Below are positions 49,601 to 63,439 of a stretch of DNA of 64,000 nt, piece after piece. The first letter of the stretch is position 1. Each line of letters opens with the position of its first letter. Source of the DNA: Camelus ferus (taxonomy: Eukaryota); assembly GCF_009834535.1 (NCBI RefSeq), contig NC_045707.1, forward strand, positions 54,748,001 to 54,812,000, in the 5' to 3' direction. Made by a program: the position numbers and the translations under genes. The notes beneath the pieces were generated by a model that was not told the origin of the DNA, made no database searches, and worked only from the letters and a program-made list of their open reading frames with translations.

Positions 49601-50415
49601 TAGAAATAAAAGCAAGAATAAACAAATGGGAGCTAATGAAACTTATAAGCTTCTGCACAGCAAAGGAAACCATAAGTAAAACAAAAAGACAACCTACGGA
49701 ATGGGAGAAAATTTTTGCAAGTGAAACCGACAAAGGCTTGATCTCCAGAATATATAAGCAGCTCATACGACTTAATAAGAAACAACCAAACAACTGAATC
49801 CAAAAATGGGCAAAAGACCTAAACAAGCAATTCTCCAAGGAAGACATACAAATGATCAATAAGCACATGAAAAAATGCTCAATATCACTAATTATCAGAG
49901 AAATGCAAATCAAAACTACAATGAGGTATCACCTCACACCAGTCAGAATGGCCATCATTCAAAAATCCACAAATGACAAATGCTGGAGAGGCTGTGGAGA
50001 AAGGGGAACCCTCCTACACTGCTGGTGGGAATGTAGTTTGGTGCAGCCACTGTGGAAAACAGTATGGAGATTCCTCAAAAGACTGGGAATAGACTTACTG
50101 TATGACCCAGGAATCCTGCTCCTGGGCATATATCCAGAAGGAACCCTACTTCAGGATGACACCTGCACCCCAATGTTCATAGCAGCACTATTTACAATAG
50201 CCAAGACATGGAAACAGCCTAAATGTCCATCAATGTATGACTGGATAAAGAAGAAGTGGTATATTTATACAACGGAATACTACTCAGCCATAAAAACCGA
50301 CAACATAACGCCATTTGCAGCAACATGGATGCTCCTGGAGAGTGTCATTCTAAGTGAAGTAAGCCAGAAAGAGAAAGAAAAATAACTATATGAGATCACT
50401 CATATGTTGAATCTA
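46608..50415 (+). pseudogene. LINE-1 ORF2p (endonuclease/reverse transcriptase), disrupted
   Basis: ATG at 46608 gives MAINTHLSLIMVNVNGLNAP; CCIQETH, GDFN and SRIDH endonuclease motifs; [15 protein letters not shown] and HADD RT motifs; HCWWEC C-terminal domain. In-frame stops at 46692, 47464 and 49795 and several frameshifts. Confidence 0.95.
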
Positions 50416-52399
50416 AAAAAAAAAAACACAAAAACAAACAAAGCATAAATACAAAACAGAAACAGACTCATAGACATAGAATACAAACTTGTGGTTGCCA
50501 AGTGGGTGGAGGGTGGGAAGGGATAGATGGGATTTCAAAATTGTAGAATAGATAGACAAGATTATACTGTATAGCACAGGGAAATATATATAAGATCTTA
50601 TGGTAGCTCACAGAGAAAAAAATGTGACAATGAATATATATATATGTTCATGTACAACTGAAAAATTGTGCTCTACACTGGAATTTGACACAACATTGAA
50701 AAATGATTATAAATCAATAAAAATGTTAAAAAAATAAAAAAGTAGAAACAAAAGTTAATAAGCTAATGAGTAATATTTAAATTGTACCTATAGGAGTTTT
50801 TCTCTAACTTCTTTTCATCAGTAGGATTTACAGTTTGTTAATCTTTTCCTGTAAGGTTGATGCATTTAATTGGCCTATTTATATATTTTGTACTAATTAA
50901 TATGGTGGCCAATATCATATTTTTCTATGTATGAAACATAATGAGCCTGACTATACTGTATTTATTAATAAAGTTTTTTAAAAACTTGATAAATTGATAG
51001 AACACCTATCAATCATTCTAACATCATTGTTAATGCTTTAACAAGGTGAGCTAAATAATACAGCTTCAAAAGTTTAGGAAAATTGACAATTAACAGATTA
51101 TTCGGATAAATAGTTAAAAGGAATTTAGAAAGTAGTTGAATTACATAAAATATTTTTGAAAATACATATATTTACTATTTAGCAATACGATCTCCTTTGA
51201 CTTTCATGTAAAAATTACCTACTTAGTTATAATTGCATGCATGTCAGATTCAGAGAAGACAGCAATAACTAATTCAATTTTTGACTTCAGGATGACATGC
51301 TGAATAAGTTTCAAGTTTCTTGTCTGTAATAGGATAGAACATTATTGTTTTGTTTTGACAGATATAGACAAGTCCACATTTGATTAAATCCTATATATCA
51401 TTCACTGAGCTAAGCATAAAGATTTTTAATTATATAAAACTAAGACATTTCAAGCTTTGGAATATTAATTAATCACTCAGGAAAGATGTTAGCTTCATTG
51501 CTCAGATTAATTTTACACCTTGGCATTTTATTCATAGTTTATTTACATTTTTATAGACTGTTTCATCTCCTATTTTCAGAGGAGGAGAAGTAAGACAAAC
51601 TGTTTTCTATCTTGTCCCCCGGCACTGACTAGTAAGAACCAGAGGAGAGAAAGGTCCTGAATAACAGGCAGGATGAATGCTCAATCCAATGCTTCAGAAG
51701 CCACTAAACTTTGTGCTTTTAAAATATGGAAGTGGAAGAGATATAAGGACTTTTTTTTCTTCTTCTACAATTCACAGCACATTTGCGCTGTGATCACTGC
51801 AATACAATCAGAAGAAAAAGAACAAAGTGGTGCCACGGAAAATAGAATGAGAAGCTATGATTGATTATAGAAAACCATATCTCATTATTCTAAAATTTGT
51901 TCAATTAAATAGAGAAATAAACTGACTATGAACAACAGGCAATATTTCATTTTTTGTTTTTCCACTCCTCAGTTTTTCTATAAAATGGGAACTGTCAATA
52001 TAAGCAACATACTCTAGTCATAGTATGTCTTCCTTTCTCTAAAATAACAATACAAACAAACATACAAACTAAAACTAAGATATCTGCAATGCCTGGGGTT
52101 TAGTTCAGTGTAATCATTATTCACCTCCCAGATACGAGAAAGTAGCATGTCATTGTTTCTGAAGTGCATATTTCACGGAACATAAGTCACAGGATGTGCT
52201 CCAAGATCAAAAGGTCCTTGAGGGAAAAATGATTCCATGTTTGAACACTGTTCTCTTCTTGAGTACTTATATTAGTCCACTGAAGATACCTAGGGATCTT
52301 TTGATTTGATAAAGAAGCTAATTTTGCTTTCTGACCCAGATGTTTCATATTCCCTTTATATATTTTTTGTATATATCACTCTATTTACAGCTAGTTATT

Positions 52400-52470
52400 A
52401 CTTGGCCTGGGTTCAAATCCTGGCTCTGCTACATTCTAGATGTACCATCCAAGACAAGTTATATAACATT
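52400..52470 (+). mobile_element. MIR 5' fragment, cut by the adjacent L1
   Basis: gcctgggttcaaatcctggctctgctac...acaagttatataac. Confidence 0.65.
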
Positions 52471-52477
52471 GTTTTAA

Positions 52478-55450
52478 AATAATGTTTTTTATTTTAAGAA
52501 CAATGTTAAATTTACAGAAAAATTTGTGAAGACAACAGAGTTCTCATGTACTCTGTACTCAGCTTCCTCTCTGTTAATGTCTTCTATTAGTATGGTGCAT
52601 TTGTTACGATTAATGAATCAAACTGATACATTATTATAAACTAAAGTCCATATTTTATTCAGATATCCTTAGTATTGAACCAATGTCATTTGTTTCCTTG
52701 AGAAGCCTATCTACATTACTATATTATATTTAGTCATTCTTTTCCTTAGAAGCCCTCTAACTTTGACAGTTTCTTAGACTTTCCTTGTTTTTTATGACCT
52801 ATCTTGATAGTTTTAAGGAGTACTGGTCAGATGTTTTTAGAATGTCCTTCAACTGGAATATCTGAGGTTTTTTCCACAATTAGACTAGGGTTAGGAGTTT
52901 TTAAGAGAAAGACCGCAGAAGTAAAATGCATTTTCATAACATTGTATCAATGATGCATACTATCAACATAACTTATCATTGTACATTTTAGAAGGAAGTC
53001 ACTGCAAGCAGCCCACACTTTGGGAGTAGAGTTATGCTTTACCTACTTGAGGACAGAGTACATAAATTATTTGGGATTCTTTGTACTGGATTTCCCCTTC
53101 TCCATTTTAAAATTTATCTAGTTTTATTTTCATCAGTATGCATTTTATGCTTTCATCAGTATTTATTTTATTGCTCAAATTTCTCAAGCTTTGGCCACTG
53201 CGGGGCTCACTGGGTTGTCTTTTACATCCCTTTGCCATACCTCTGTCTTTGTGGGCTTTTTCCTTTGATCATTTCTTTACTTTCTGACACTATAAAATGC
53301 TCCAGGCTCATTTTAGATAGTGCCATCCTCAGTCCTAGAGTTCCAAAAAGCTCTGATTCTTTTTATTAGAAACCAAAATCTAGGTACAAGGTATATTTCT
53401 CGTTACTGAGATGTCATTGTTTCTAGGCCTTATCAGCTGTGGTAGCATGAAAACATATACATATAAATTTATATATTATATCTATATATATTTATGTACA
53501 ACCTATACACAAATTTGTCTGTATACACATACAAATAAATGTTTTTATCTTTAACCATCAATATCTATACTTAGGTAAATGTGAGTTCATTCTGATGTCT
53601 ATGACCCTAATTTATTCCCAAATAAATTACCCTAGCCTAATCTTGTTGATCTATAAGCTCTCACTCTTAACAGTGAGAAACTTGCTTCCCAACAACCAAC
53701 ATCTGTTTACTAAACTGTTCAATTCCAGTACACACATATGGTGTTATCAGAATTGTTAGCCAGTACTCTTTGGGGAACACCATTATAGCACAGTGCTTAT
53801 GTATAGCTTCTTTTGTCTTTAGTCTCATAGACTTCTCTCCTTTCCACAGTTACTTAGGTCCATGCTTATTCCGCCCACACCATTTAGTGTGGGTGTTTCA
53901 TGTATTCAATCATACAGTTAGATTGTTTTGTCATTGTCTGCATTCCATACAGGTATCCCTTGACTTCCTAAATATTTCTTTTTAACTTGCATACATTAAG
54001 TTTCTCTCTTTGTGCTTAATGTAATGTTTTGACAAGTACACTGTGTCATGTAACCACCATTTCAGTATCAACATTGAATATAGTCAGTACTCCAAAGAAT
54101 TCCCCTATACTGTACTCTCCCTTGTTCCTCTAAACCTTTGACTAAAACGGTATTTTTTACCTTTTACTTATTTTCACTCTATAGTTTTGCCTTTGCCAGA
54201 ATGTCCTATATGAGAATCAAACAATGCATAATCTTTAAAAAACGCTTCTTTCACTTAGCAAATGCATTTAAAATGCATCTACTTTTTAAATGACTTGATA
54301 GCTTATTTCCTTTTTTTTACTGAACAATTTCCCAATGTATGTATATATCACAATTTGTATATTATTTGCCTATTAAAGGACATCTTAGTTGCCTCTAGTT
54401 TTGGGTGAATATTAATTATGTCTTTTTAGACATTTGTGTGCAGGATTTTGTATGGACATATATTTTCAAATCAATTGGGAAAATAAAAAGAAACATGATG
54501 GCTGTAATGAATGGTGATAAGATTATGTTTAGCTGTGTAAAAAAATGACAAATGGTCTTCCGAAGTACCTGTACCACTTTGCATTCTCCCAAAGCAATGA
54601 CTAAGAATTTCTATTACTCTGCACCCTGGACAGCAATTGGTATTTTCAGGTTTTTAGATTTCAGTATTTTAATAAGTGTCTCATTGTATTGATTTGCAGC
54701 TCCCTAATTACAAATGATTTTGAGACTTTTTATGCTTACTTTCTATCTATTTATCTTCTTTGGTGAAAAGTCTGCTCAGATATTTTGCTCATTTTTTAAA
54801 AATTAGGTTGTTAGCTTATTGTTGAATTTTTAGTTCTTTGTATATTTTAATACAAGTTCTTTATCGTATGTGTTTTGCAAATGCTTTAATACAAGTCTGT
54901 GGCTTGTCTTCTGATTCTCTTAAGAATATCTTCCACAGAACAGATTTTTTTTTAAATTCTAATGAGCAGCAACTTATCAATTTTTCCTTTTATGGATTGT
55001 GCTTTTGGTGTTGTATCAAAAAACCCATCTTACAACTCATCTTAAAAATTCTCACCCCAAAAAAAATTTGTGTCACTGTGTATGGTGACGCATTAACTAG
55101 ATTTAGTGTGGTGACCATTTTGCAATATATACAAACATCAAGTCATTATGTTGTACACCTAAAATTAATATAATGTTACATATCAATTACACCTCAATAA
55201 AAAATTTAAAAATTCATTGCCAAACTCAAAGTTACCTACACTTTCATATAAGTTTTCTTCTCTTTTTTTTTATATTTTATGTTTTACATATAGATCTATG
55301 ATCCATTTTTAGTTACTTTTCATGAAAGGTGTAAAATCTGTGTGTAGGATCATTATTTTGAATATGGATGTTCAATTATTCCAGTATTATTTTTTTGAAA
55401 AGACTTGAATTGCCATTGCTTTTTTGCCAAATCAGTTGACTACATTTGTT
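52478..55450 (-). mobile_element. Old LINE-1 (L1MC/L1MD-like) with long 3' UTR and ORF2 3' part
   Basis: Antisense 3' end atttacagaaaaattt...acagagttctcatgta; ttgatagttttaaggagtactggtcag; ttttgcctttgccagaatgtc; ORF2 part cttctttggtgaaaagtctg...agatctatgatccatttt. Confidence 0.85.
55031..55208 (+). mobile_element. Short L1 3' end (L1MA-like) nested in the older antisense L1
   Basis: tcttaaaaattctcacc...gtatggtgacgcattaactaga...cattatgttgtacacctaaaattaatataatgtta...cctcaataaaaaa. The host L1 resumes at aaaaattcattgccaaac. Confidence 0.8.
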
Positions 55451-58341
55451 AAGGGGTGCAATAAATCACGAATATAATAAGTGAAAGTGTTAGATCTTTA
55501 GCCAAAGATTTTTAGATTCCAAATACAGTGTAGTTTTCCATTTTTGTCCCACCAAGAGAACAGATCTCATTTCTGTTACAAAATTTCTTATATTTTACAT
55601 AAAATATTATTGCCTTCCCTCCCACCTTCTCTTTTATGCTCTCAAACTTTGGCTACATGACTGTATAGCAGCTGCTATGTTAGCCTCAGTGATAGTTATA
55701 AGGACTGGTGAAACATAGGTTCATAACTTGGCCCTGTTCCTCTGTAGACGCAGGCCAAAGCCCTTCCTGGTGTCTATTTTTAAGTTTTACTAGTTTCAAT
55801 TATACCCATTAAAAACTAAATAAACTGAGTCATAGAGATTATACTACTTCCCAATAACAGTATAGTTGAATTTTAAACTTAGTTGAATTTATCTCTGAAT
55901 GTTTTTGCTTTTTACTACACTCTGCAACATATTAAGTAGTAATATCCTCCCCCTTTTCCTTTAACACAGGTGACACATAAGAAATTGAAATTTACTTTAA
56001 AATTTATCTTTCTTTAAAGATTGTTTCCTATTAATGGACTAATAACTGAAAAAATGGAGTATATATATGAAGTTCAGAGTTTTTTTTTTTTTTTTAATGT
56101 GGACAAACAAGAATATTAAGGATGACTGACTGGACTGACTGGTTAGATTACACTGTATGTTGGCAAGTGTACTGGTAACTATCTTATTGTGTACAAAATC
56201 CTTAAGAAATCTTTCAGATTTAGTTTCTGCTTTCATGAAAATGAGGACACAGAACAATCAAATGAAATGAGATGATTAATTTGTTCAACATTCGTGGAGT
56301 ATAATGCAATCTTAGGGAGAAAGAAAATAGATGTTCATTTATATGTTTAGAAAAAGGAGTACATCTTTAAAATATGGTAGGTTAAATGCAGAAGAAGATT
56401 TCAAGCTTCTTGAATTCTAGAGTTTAGGAAGATAATGTGTTAAATGGGAGGCCATGGCCTATTTACTAGAAAAATATATTTTATAAAGACTGTAGTCTCT
56501 TATCACATATTATTTAGCATTTCAGAGAGATTTTGAAAAATGGTGGCCTTTTGGGACTGTTAAAGGTATGGTATTTCATATTCTGCAAAGCAATATCGGC
56601 CTTAAATTGAACCATTTATTTTGTCCTTGTTAAATGTCACAGTTGCCCTTTCCCTTGAGTTATTAGTTTTATCACCTACAAGTTCTTTTCAGGAAAAACT
56701 GGTGGATATCATAATGGATCAAAACAGAGAACTGATTTAGTCTGAGATCTGGACAACTAGTAATTGGAGACCAATAAAGTATCCTGGGCACTGTAAGAGG
56801 TATTTAAATCTAGGATCCTGGACTTGCAAAAAACTGATCCTACTGAATCAAAATACATACTGAAACAAAAAAACAGACTTCTTGGCTCATCACAGAGGCC
56901 AAAAGCACACCAAAGAAATTTTCTATACATTTTCATGTCTGTTGATATTTCCTCTTCCTTTAAAGATTCATAAAATCAGATTGTTCTCCAGGAATAAAAG
57001 GCTAATTATTCCCTGAAAGAAACATTATCTCGCCTCAGTGATGATCATAAACTGTAACAATACAGAAGGCACTTGGTGTGGTTTGTAGGACAAATCCATC
57101 AATCACAGCTTAATTATATATCATGTTTCTATATCTTTCTGTTGGCCCAAGCTTTATTGTCTTTGAATGCAAATATTTTAATATTTTATTGTGTAAATAA
57201 ATTTATTGGATCCTTTCTCACAGTGAGTTTTGAGAAGAGAGTGAATAAAAAATATTTGGTTCCTTGGGGAGGAGTAAAAAGGAAAGGCATAGAACCAAGG
57301 TGTGGACAGACATGGAAAAGGAAGATTAGAGAATCAAAATCCAGTATGTCCACACTTTTCCATAAAGAATTCAGAGGAAAATAATGAATAAAAGGAAAAA
57401 GGAGAAAAAATTAATAAATACTGAAACAATTTTCAATATGAAACCTAGGACAAATGGTCGATTTGCCTAGGAAATGAAGTAAAAGACCTATATTATTCAG
57501 AAAACATGTGGTATTGGACAACATGTGTTTTGATAGACGATACCAGAGATAGAGAGTTTGATCCTGAAGAGAAGTGCTGGCAGAGACAATGTGAGATTAG
57601 AACTCTCAGTTGACCATGCCAGAATCTAGAGCTGAGTAAAATCCAAGTTCAGAACTGGAGAGGAATTATATGTGAGCAACTTAGTCAACAGATTGGCTGA
57701 ACCAAGAGATAGGTAGGGAAGCTGCAACTCAGTGCTCCTAGGAGCTGAGAAAACTAAATATAATTCATTTCTCACTGGATTCCCCAGGTACCCAGGAGCA
57801 GAATGAGAAGAGAAGTCTAATTACAAATCCTATCTTACACAAATGGAAAAGTGACTCCTAAAGTACCATTAAGCAGTGCTCAGTATTTCAGGCACTGGTA
57901 ATGTGAACTGAGGTAGATTGTAGAAGCTTTCAGCACACACAGATGTAAAAAGAAAAGGCAAAGACTGAGAAAATCTTTGAATCCTAATACTATCGCTCCT
58001 TCATTTCTGTGAAAATATTAACACTGTCAGGGTTTACATAACCCTCAGTATAGTAAACGTGATGCAGAGAAATGGGCATTTACACTAGTTCAGGGAGTAT
58101 GTGAAAAGAAATGCCTTAAGTGGAAAATAATCTAAGGATAGTTATCTGATTAGTGATGCAAAACAAAACAATAATGAATATAGAAAATAAAAGACATTGA
58201 ACAGGAGATTTTGAAAACATTCTCCAGGAAAAGCCATTTCATTTACAGAGATTACTATAAACATACAAAGGGTACACAGCAGAATTCTTTCATTTTTCTC
58301 ATTTTTCAAAGTACTCGCAAAAAATATTTTCTTCCATTCAG

Positions 58342-58978
58342 TGGGGTTGTAGAAGGAGAGAAGTAGGTGAGGTACACACTTCCAGTTATAAAATAAATGA
58401 GTTATGGGTATTAAATGTGCAGTGTGGGGAATATAGTCAATAATTATATAGTATTTGTATAGTGACAGATGGTAATTAGAATTATTGTGGTAATCATTTG
58501 AAATATATGGAAATATCCAATCACTTTTTTATGTAACAGGAACTAACAGTGTTGTAGGTCAATTATACTTAAAAACAAACTCATAGGAAAAAAAAATCAG
58601 ATTTGTGGTTTCCCGAGTTGGGTACGAGGGAATTAAATGAAGGCAGTAAAAAGGTACCAATTTCCAGTTATATGATAAACAAGTACTAGGGATATAATGT
58701 ACCACATGGTAAATATAATTAACAATGCTCTATGTTATATACGAACATTATTTAAAAAGTAAATCTTAAGAGTTCTCATTACAGGAAAAACTATTTGTTT
58801 CTATTTCTTTAATTTTGTTTCTATGTGAGATGATGAATGTTCACTAAACTTATTGTGTATAATCATTTCATAATGTATGTAAGTCAAATTACTATGCTGT
58901 ATACCTTAAACTTACAGAGTGTTGTATGTCAATTATATCTCAATGAAGCTGAAAGAAAAACTATAATAAAGGAAAAAA
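58342..58978 (+). mobile_element. 5'-truncated L1 3' UTR (L1MB1/L1MA10-like)
   Basis: Two related ttccagttata...aaat blocks, typical of this UTR; ends gtatgtcaattatatctcaatgaagctgaaagaaaaa. 14-bp TSD tttcttccattcag at 58328-58341 and 58979-58992. Confidence 0.88.
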
Positions 58979-59879
58979 TTTCTTCCATTCAGGCTGCCAA
59001 CATACGTTAAATATTTTTAGCAGAATAATAGATTATATATATTTGAGAAAATTCACACATCTTGAAGAGAAAAATGATGCTAATGTCTTCTTAAATTTTA
59101 AATCAGAGAAAAATGAATAATATGAAATAAAATATAAAAATCACAACACTAAATCAGATTTTTTGCATTAATAGGAAGAAATTGGAAATTTGTTGACTCT
59201 TTAGAATAATTTCTGAATGCTCTGAAAAGAATTGAGTGTAACAAAAAATACTCAGAATTTGGAACTGGGAAGCTGTATGACTTTTGTTGAACTGCTTATC
59301 ATTTTGATCACTCACTTTCCTTTTTTGTGTATGAGGAAAATATCACCATCTGACTATTTTGAATATTAAAAGAGATAACAGAATGCATACTGGGAATCAC
59401 ATCTTGAGCTGAATTTATAAGTATAACCAGGATACTTTTTTTGAGCCAGTAGATAGGCCCCTCAGAAGTGTAATTGCATGAGGACCTTCCTAGGATGGCT
59501 ATCATCCTGTAGGAAGAGAGAGGCCGGCAGACTGGGTCTACTAATTATGCTGGTCTAATTGCAGAGCAGCAAAAGTGAAGGCTACACTGGAAATTGCCTG
59601 TATCTCCTCCTAAATTATAACAATTAGTTGTTTCCTGTGTACTGTACATGGTTCCAGAGAAAGCAATTAGCTTAGAACTGTCTATTAAAAAGAATTTTTC
59701 CTACAGGATTTTCTGGAAAGACATCATGACTCCAACAAAGTAGTGACCCAGAAGAAGGGAGAGCAATAGAGATGACTCAAAATGTAACTAGCAGAAAGGA
59801 GTAAAGCCTACAGTCTGTGTTAAGGAAACTGTGGTCAAAGATGCCAAGAGGTGAAGCCTGGAGGACTTCACAATGGATC

Positions 59880-60600
59880 AACACTTCTAATACTGTATAT
59901 GTCTTTGCACTATGGAAGTGAAAAAGCTAAAATTTGCATTTTCTAGGCCCCTTTGTGATTTAGTTGCAGATTAAATTTAGATTTGTCCAACCAGATGAAA
60001 TTGTGTGGGACAGTGAAGGTGGAAGTAGGGTGAGGTTCAAACTTCTGCTGGTTCGGTGGTTCCTACTGACAAGCACAATTACAAAAGCCATTGTTTTTCC
60101 GTGTTAGTATTAGCAAAGTATCAGTCACTCCACCAGGGATGTCAAGAATGAAGACATGTTGCAGCCATTTTGTTGATGTCACACATTTCTGGAGCATTCA
60201 CAGGTTGCCATGTATGATATAGGCTTCTGGTATGATGCCTCATTGAAGCCACAGCAATGACAACATTCTCTGAATTATAGATAACACAGTGACAATTTGG
60301 TGTCCTGTGATTTATGGCTTGGGGAGAAATTCTTAAAAGCTACCTTATGAGTCTCACCTTGTTCTGCTTCCCTTATCCTGCTATAACATTTGATGCCAGA
60401 AGTGGACAGAGGCCACAAACACTCAGGGACAGTGAAGGGACATTAGTTACCCTTCTCGTTGAGTCTGAAGTCATCAGTGTCCTCATGAACACTAGAAAAT
60501 GGAGACTGGAATTTTTATAGCCTATTATGACAAAGAAGTTACTGTAGTTAGCTTGCAGTGCTGAAATAAAATACCTATTGAAGACAGGTTTTTGATAGAC
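59880..60600 (+). mobile_element. ERVL-class LTR remnant followed by a primer-binding-site (PBS)-like motif and an internal 5' fragment
   Basis: LTR33/41/50-like motifs (gaaaaagctaaaatttgcattttctaggcccctttg, tccaaccagatg). ...taaca tt tgatgccagaagtgg at 60391 resembles a tRNA-Leu PBS; downstream sequence resembles an ERVL internal leader. Confidence 0.5.
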
Positions 60601-60834
60601 TGATGGTCTGCTATAGCAGATTATCAATAAGTAAAGTAAAATAAAATAAATATAAAATATTACAATAATCTGACTTCTTCTAACTCTGCTGAAGAACTTA
60701 ACATGAAAAGATCAAGGTCAGGGCGTAGTCAAAAAACTGAGGGAGCTCTTGTGACTGCCCTTATTCTTCTCTCTGACCATGTGAGTCACTGGATTAACCC
60801 AGATTTGCCTTGTCTTTTACGTGAGAAGTGGGCC

Positions 60835-61345
60835 TTTGAGGAAGAGGGACACAGCATCACTCCTGTGGTATTTCTAAACATAATGAAATATCAAACATAT
60901 CAAACAAATCCAAAGTGAGAAACACTCTACAGAATAACTGCCCTTCACTCTCCTAAAATACCAAATTCATGAAAGACAATGACTAGCAAACTGTTCTTAA
61001 TTTAAGGGAGCTATAGAGATGTGAAAACTAAATGCAATATGTGATCCTGAGGGGAACATGGGTCAAGACAGATAATTTTTATATATAAAGGGTATAATTG
61101 GGAAAATCGGAAAAGTATATGGTCTGTGAGCCAAATAATTGTATTAGATTAAATTTTATAAATTAGTACATATTTTTACATTTATTAATTGTATTTAGCT
61201 AAAATCAGGTTAAATAACTGACTTAGATCATTGTACTAGGATTAGGTGTGAAATATTCCTATTCTCAGAAAACATATACTGAAAGTTAAGGAATAATGTG
61301 GTATGTACATTTACAATTTATTCTAAAATTGCTCAAAAGTTATAT
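60835..61345 (+). mobile_element. Old L1 3' UTR (L1MC4/L1MC5/L1ME-like)
   Basis: gggacacagcatcactcctgtggtatt...ctctacagaataactgccc...tcatgaaagacaa...aactaaatgcaatatgtgatcctg. Confidence 0.75.
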
Positions 61346-63439
61346 ATAGATACATATATGCATATATAAGTGTGTATGCTCAAATGTGAATGGCAATTAA
61401 TATAAAAGGTAAACCTAGCAAGTGATTGGCCTTTGTGGTACAGAATTTTTTATTTTCATTACACCCTTATGTTGTTTTAAATAAATATTTATGTAATGTT
61501 TTTGTCTATTTAGGCATTGAAAAGCCCATAATATGTCATCTAGTGCCAACAAAATTGACTGGTCTAATCTAAAATAATAAATTAATATACAACATTTTAA
61601 ATTTACCAATTTAAGTGGTTATATTTGGAGCTGAGTAACTTTAATAATATTCCTAAGCAGTACACTAAAAATATACAAATGCAGTCTAAAATATCAAATA
61701 ATCATGCCATAAATTAATAAAAGAAAGTAGAGAATATAAATTATAAAAATTTCACAGCATTCAGCTAGGAGAAAGAAAAACTTTCCTAAATCTGTCTTTG
61801 GTATTTGAAAAATTATACTGAATCATTAAAACTTTCATTAGCCCACATTTTCATAATTTCAATCCATGTGTGATATAAAATTTTATATTATGTTATCAAA
61901 ATTTGTTTCTAGTCACACTATCATTGTTAACAGTATAGTATTTGTGAATATGTTAAGTATGTAACTGTGAAAATAGTGAATATGTATTATATAAAATATG
62001 TTGACCATATTTCTGAAATACAGAAAATTGGGTTCTATAAACTTAAAATATTTTGAGTACGAGAACAGACTACACAAGATGCAGAGGATGGTGCTACTGA
62101 CATGGGGCCTAATATAACGCCTTATATAAAATCATTATGCCTTAGAATAACTCCTTCTTATTAATGTTCTAAATTAACAATCTTACCAACTTAGAAACAC
62201 AGGAAAGAAAAGAGGTATGAAGAAATCAAGATGCTAACAATTGTATGCATTTGACTTCCAAGTATTATTATTAAAATATTTACCACAGTTTGTATGTGAT
62301 TTTAATTTCCTGGAAACCAACATGTTTATGCCACATGTTGCAGTATCTCTTTGAAAAAAAAAAAATACTCCAGCAAGTATTCTTCCAAATCTCAAAAAAG
62401 GAACTGGTTCATAAATTAACTTTTAATGCTTTTAACAGTCACATAAAATAACCTGAAAAGAAACTTTCTTCTTCCTTATTATTTAAAAATAATATTTAAT
62501 TTTACATGATATACATGAAATTTGCACATTGGTATTTTTAAAGCAAAAAGTATTCAATGAATAGAATTTTTTCAAATGCATTAAGGACTGTTAAATTATT
62601 AAAGATAATAACAAATGGGTGTCCACTGAATATAAAAGACTAGAGAAACATATAGTCATGTAATAATGAATTTTGTAGTCTTCTTCATTCCAGTGAGGCA
62701 GAGCTTTAAGCTCTAACAAGAAATGTCAAGTTCAAAAACAAACAGACACACACTGTTTATTTTCCAATACTGAGTATATATGAAACCAGATCCTTCTTCT
62801 TACTCTGCTTCTAAATGTCATTTTAAATAAAGTAACACACACATTTACTTGCCTTGTCCCACATTCCTTTTTGAGTTTCAGCTATAAAATATATCATTTT
62901 ATGAAAAAACATTCCCCATAGATAAAGCTTCCTGAATGAGTCCTTTATTATTTCAAAAGGGGAAATATATTAGCCCAAGCCTTATCATTTACAACTTTAT
63001 TATTCTTTGCAAAATGTCCTGAAAATGCAGTGACAAATATAACAATTTCCTAAGAAATACTGGAGAAAGTTTCAAGCAAATTTTACGTTTTCTATTACAC
63101 AAATAACGTCCATATGATTTCTTTCTAATGAAGTTGATGATTAAGTCTACTGGGGACCAAAAAAATGTTCCCGTATCTCAGATTTAAAATGATTTTTAGA
63201 ATTAGAAATACTACATCAATTTTTATAATTAAGTCACTACATTGCTCTGTTTTCTCTTCTTTATTTTCCATAGCTGTTAAGGATGCACATAGGCATGTGT
63301 ATGATGCACATATATGTATATGTAATGGGTACCTAAGGGGATATATACAGTATATCTAAATATACAAGTATATACATATGCATACGCATATGTGTCTGTC
63401 TCTGTGTGTTTCCGTGCCTGTGTGTCTCCTCAACAACAA

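Larger units (their letters stand above)
44252..50742 (+). mobile_element. Full-length, inactivated lineage-specific LINE-1, about 6.5 kb
   Basis: 5' end gaggccaagatggtggag (YY1-type), 5' UTR, ORF1, spacer, ORF2 with endonuclease, reverse transcriptase and C-terminal domains, 3' UTR, AATAAA and A tail. TSD aaacaaaagttaa at 44239-44251 and 50746-50758. Confidence 0.97.

Noticed and set aside
51560..51596. Possible microexon ttttcag/aggaggagaa/gtaaga
   Set aside because: It is 10 nt, so not frame-preserving, and has no other support.
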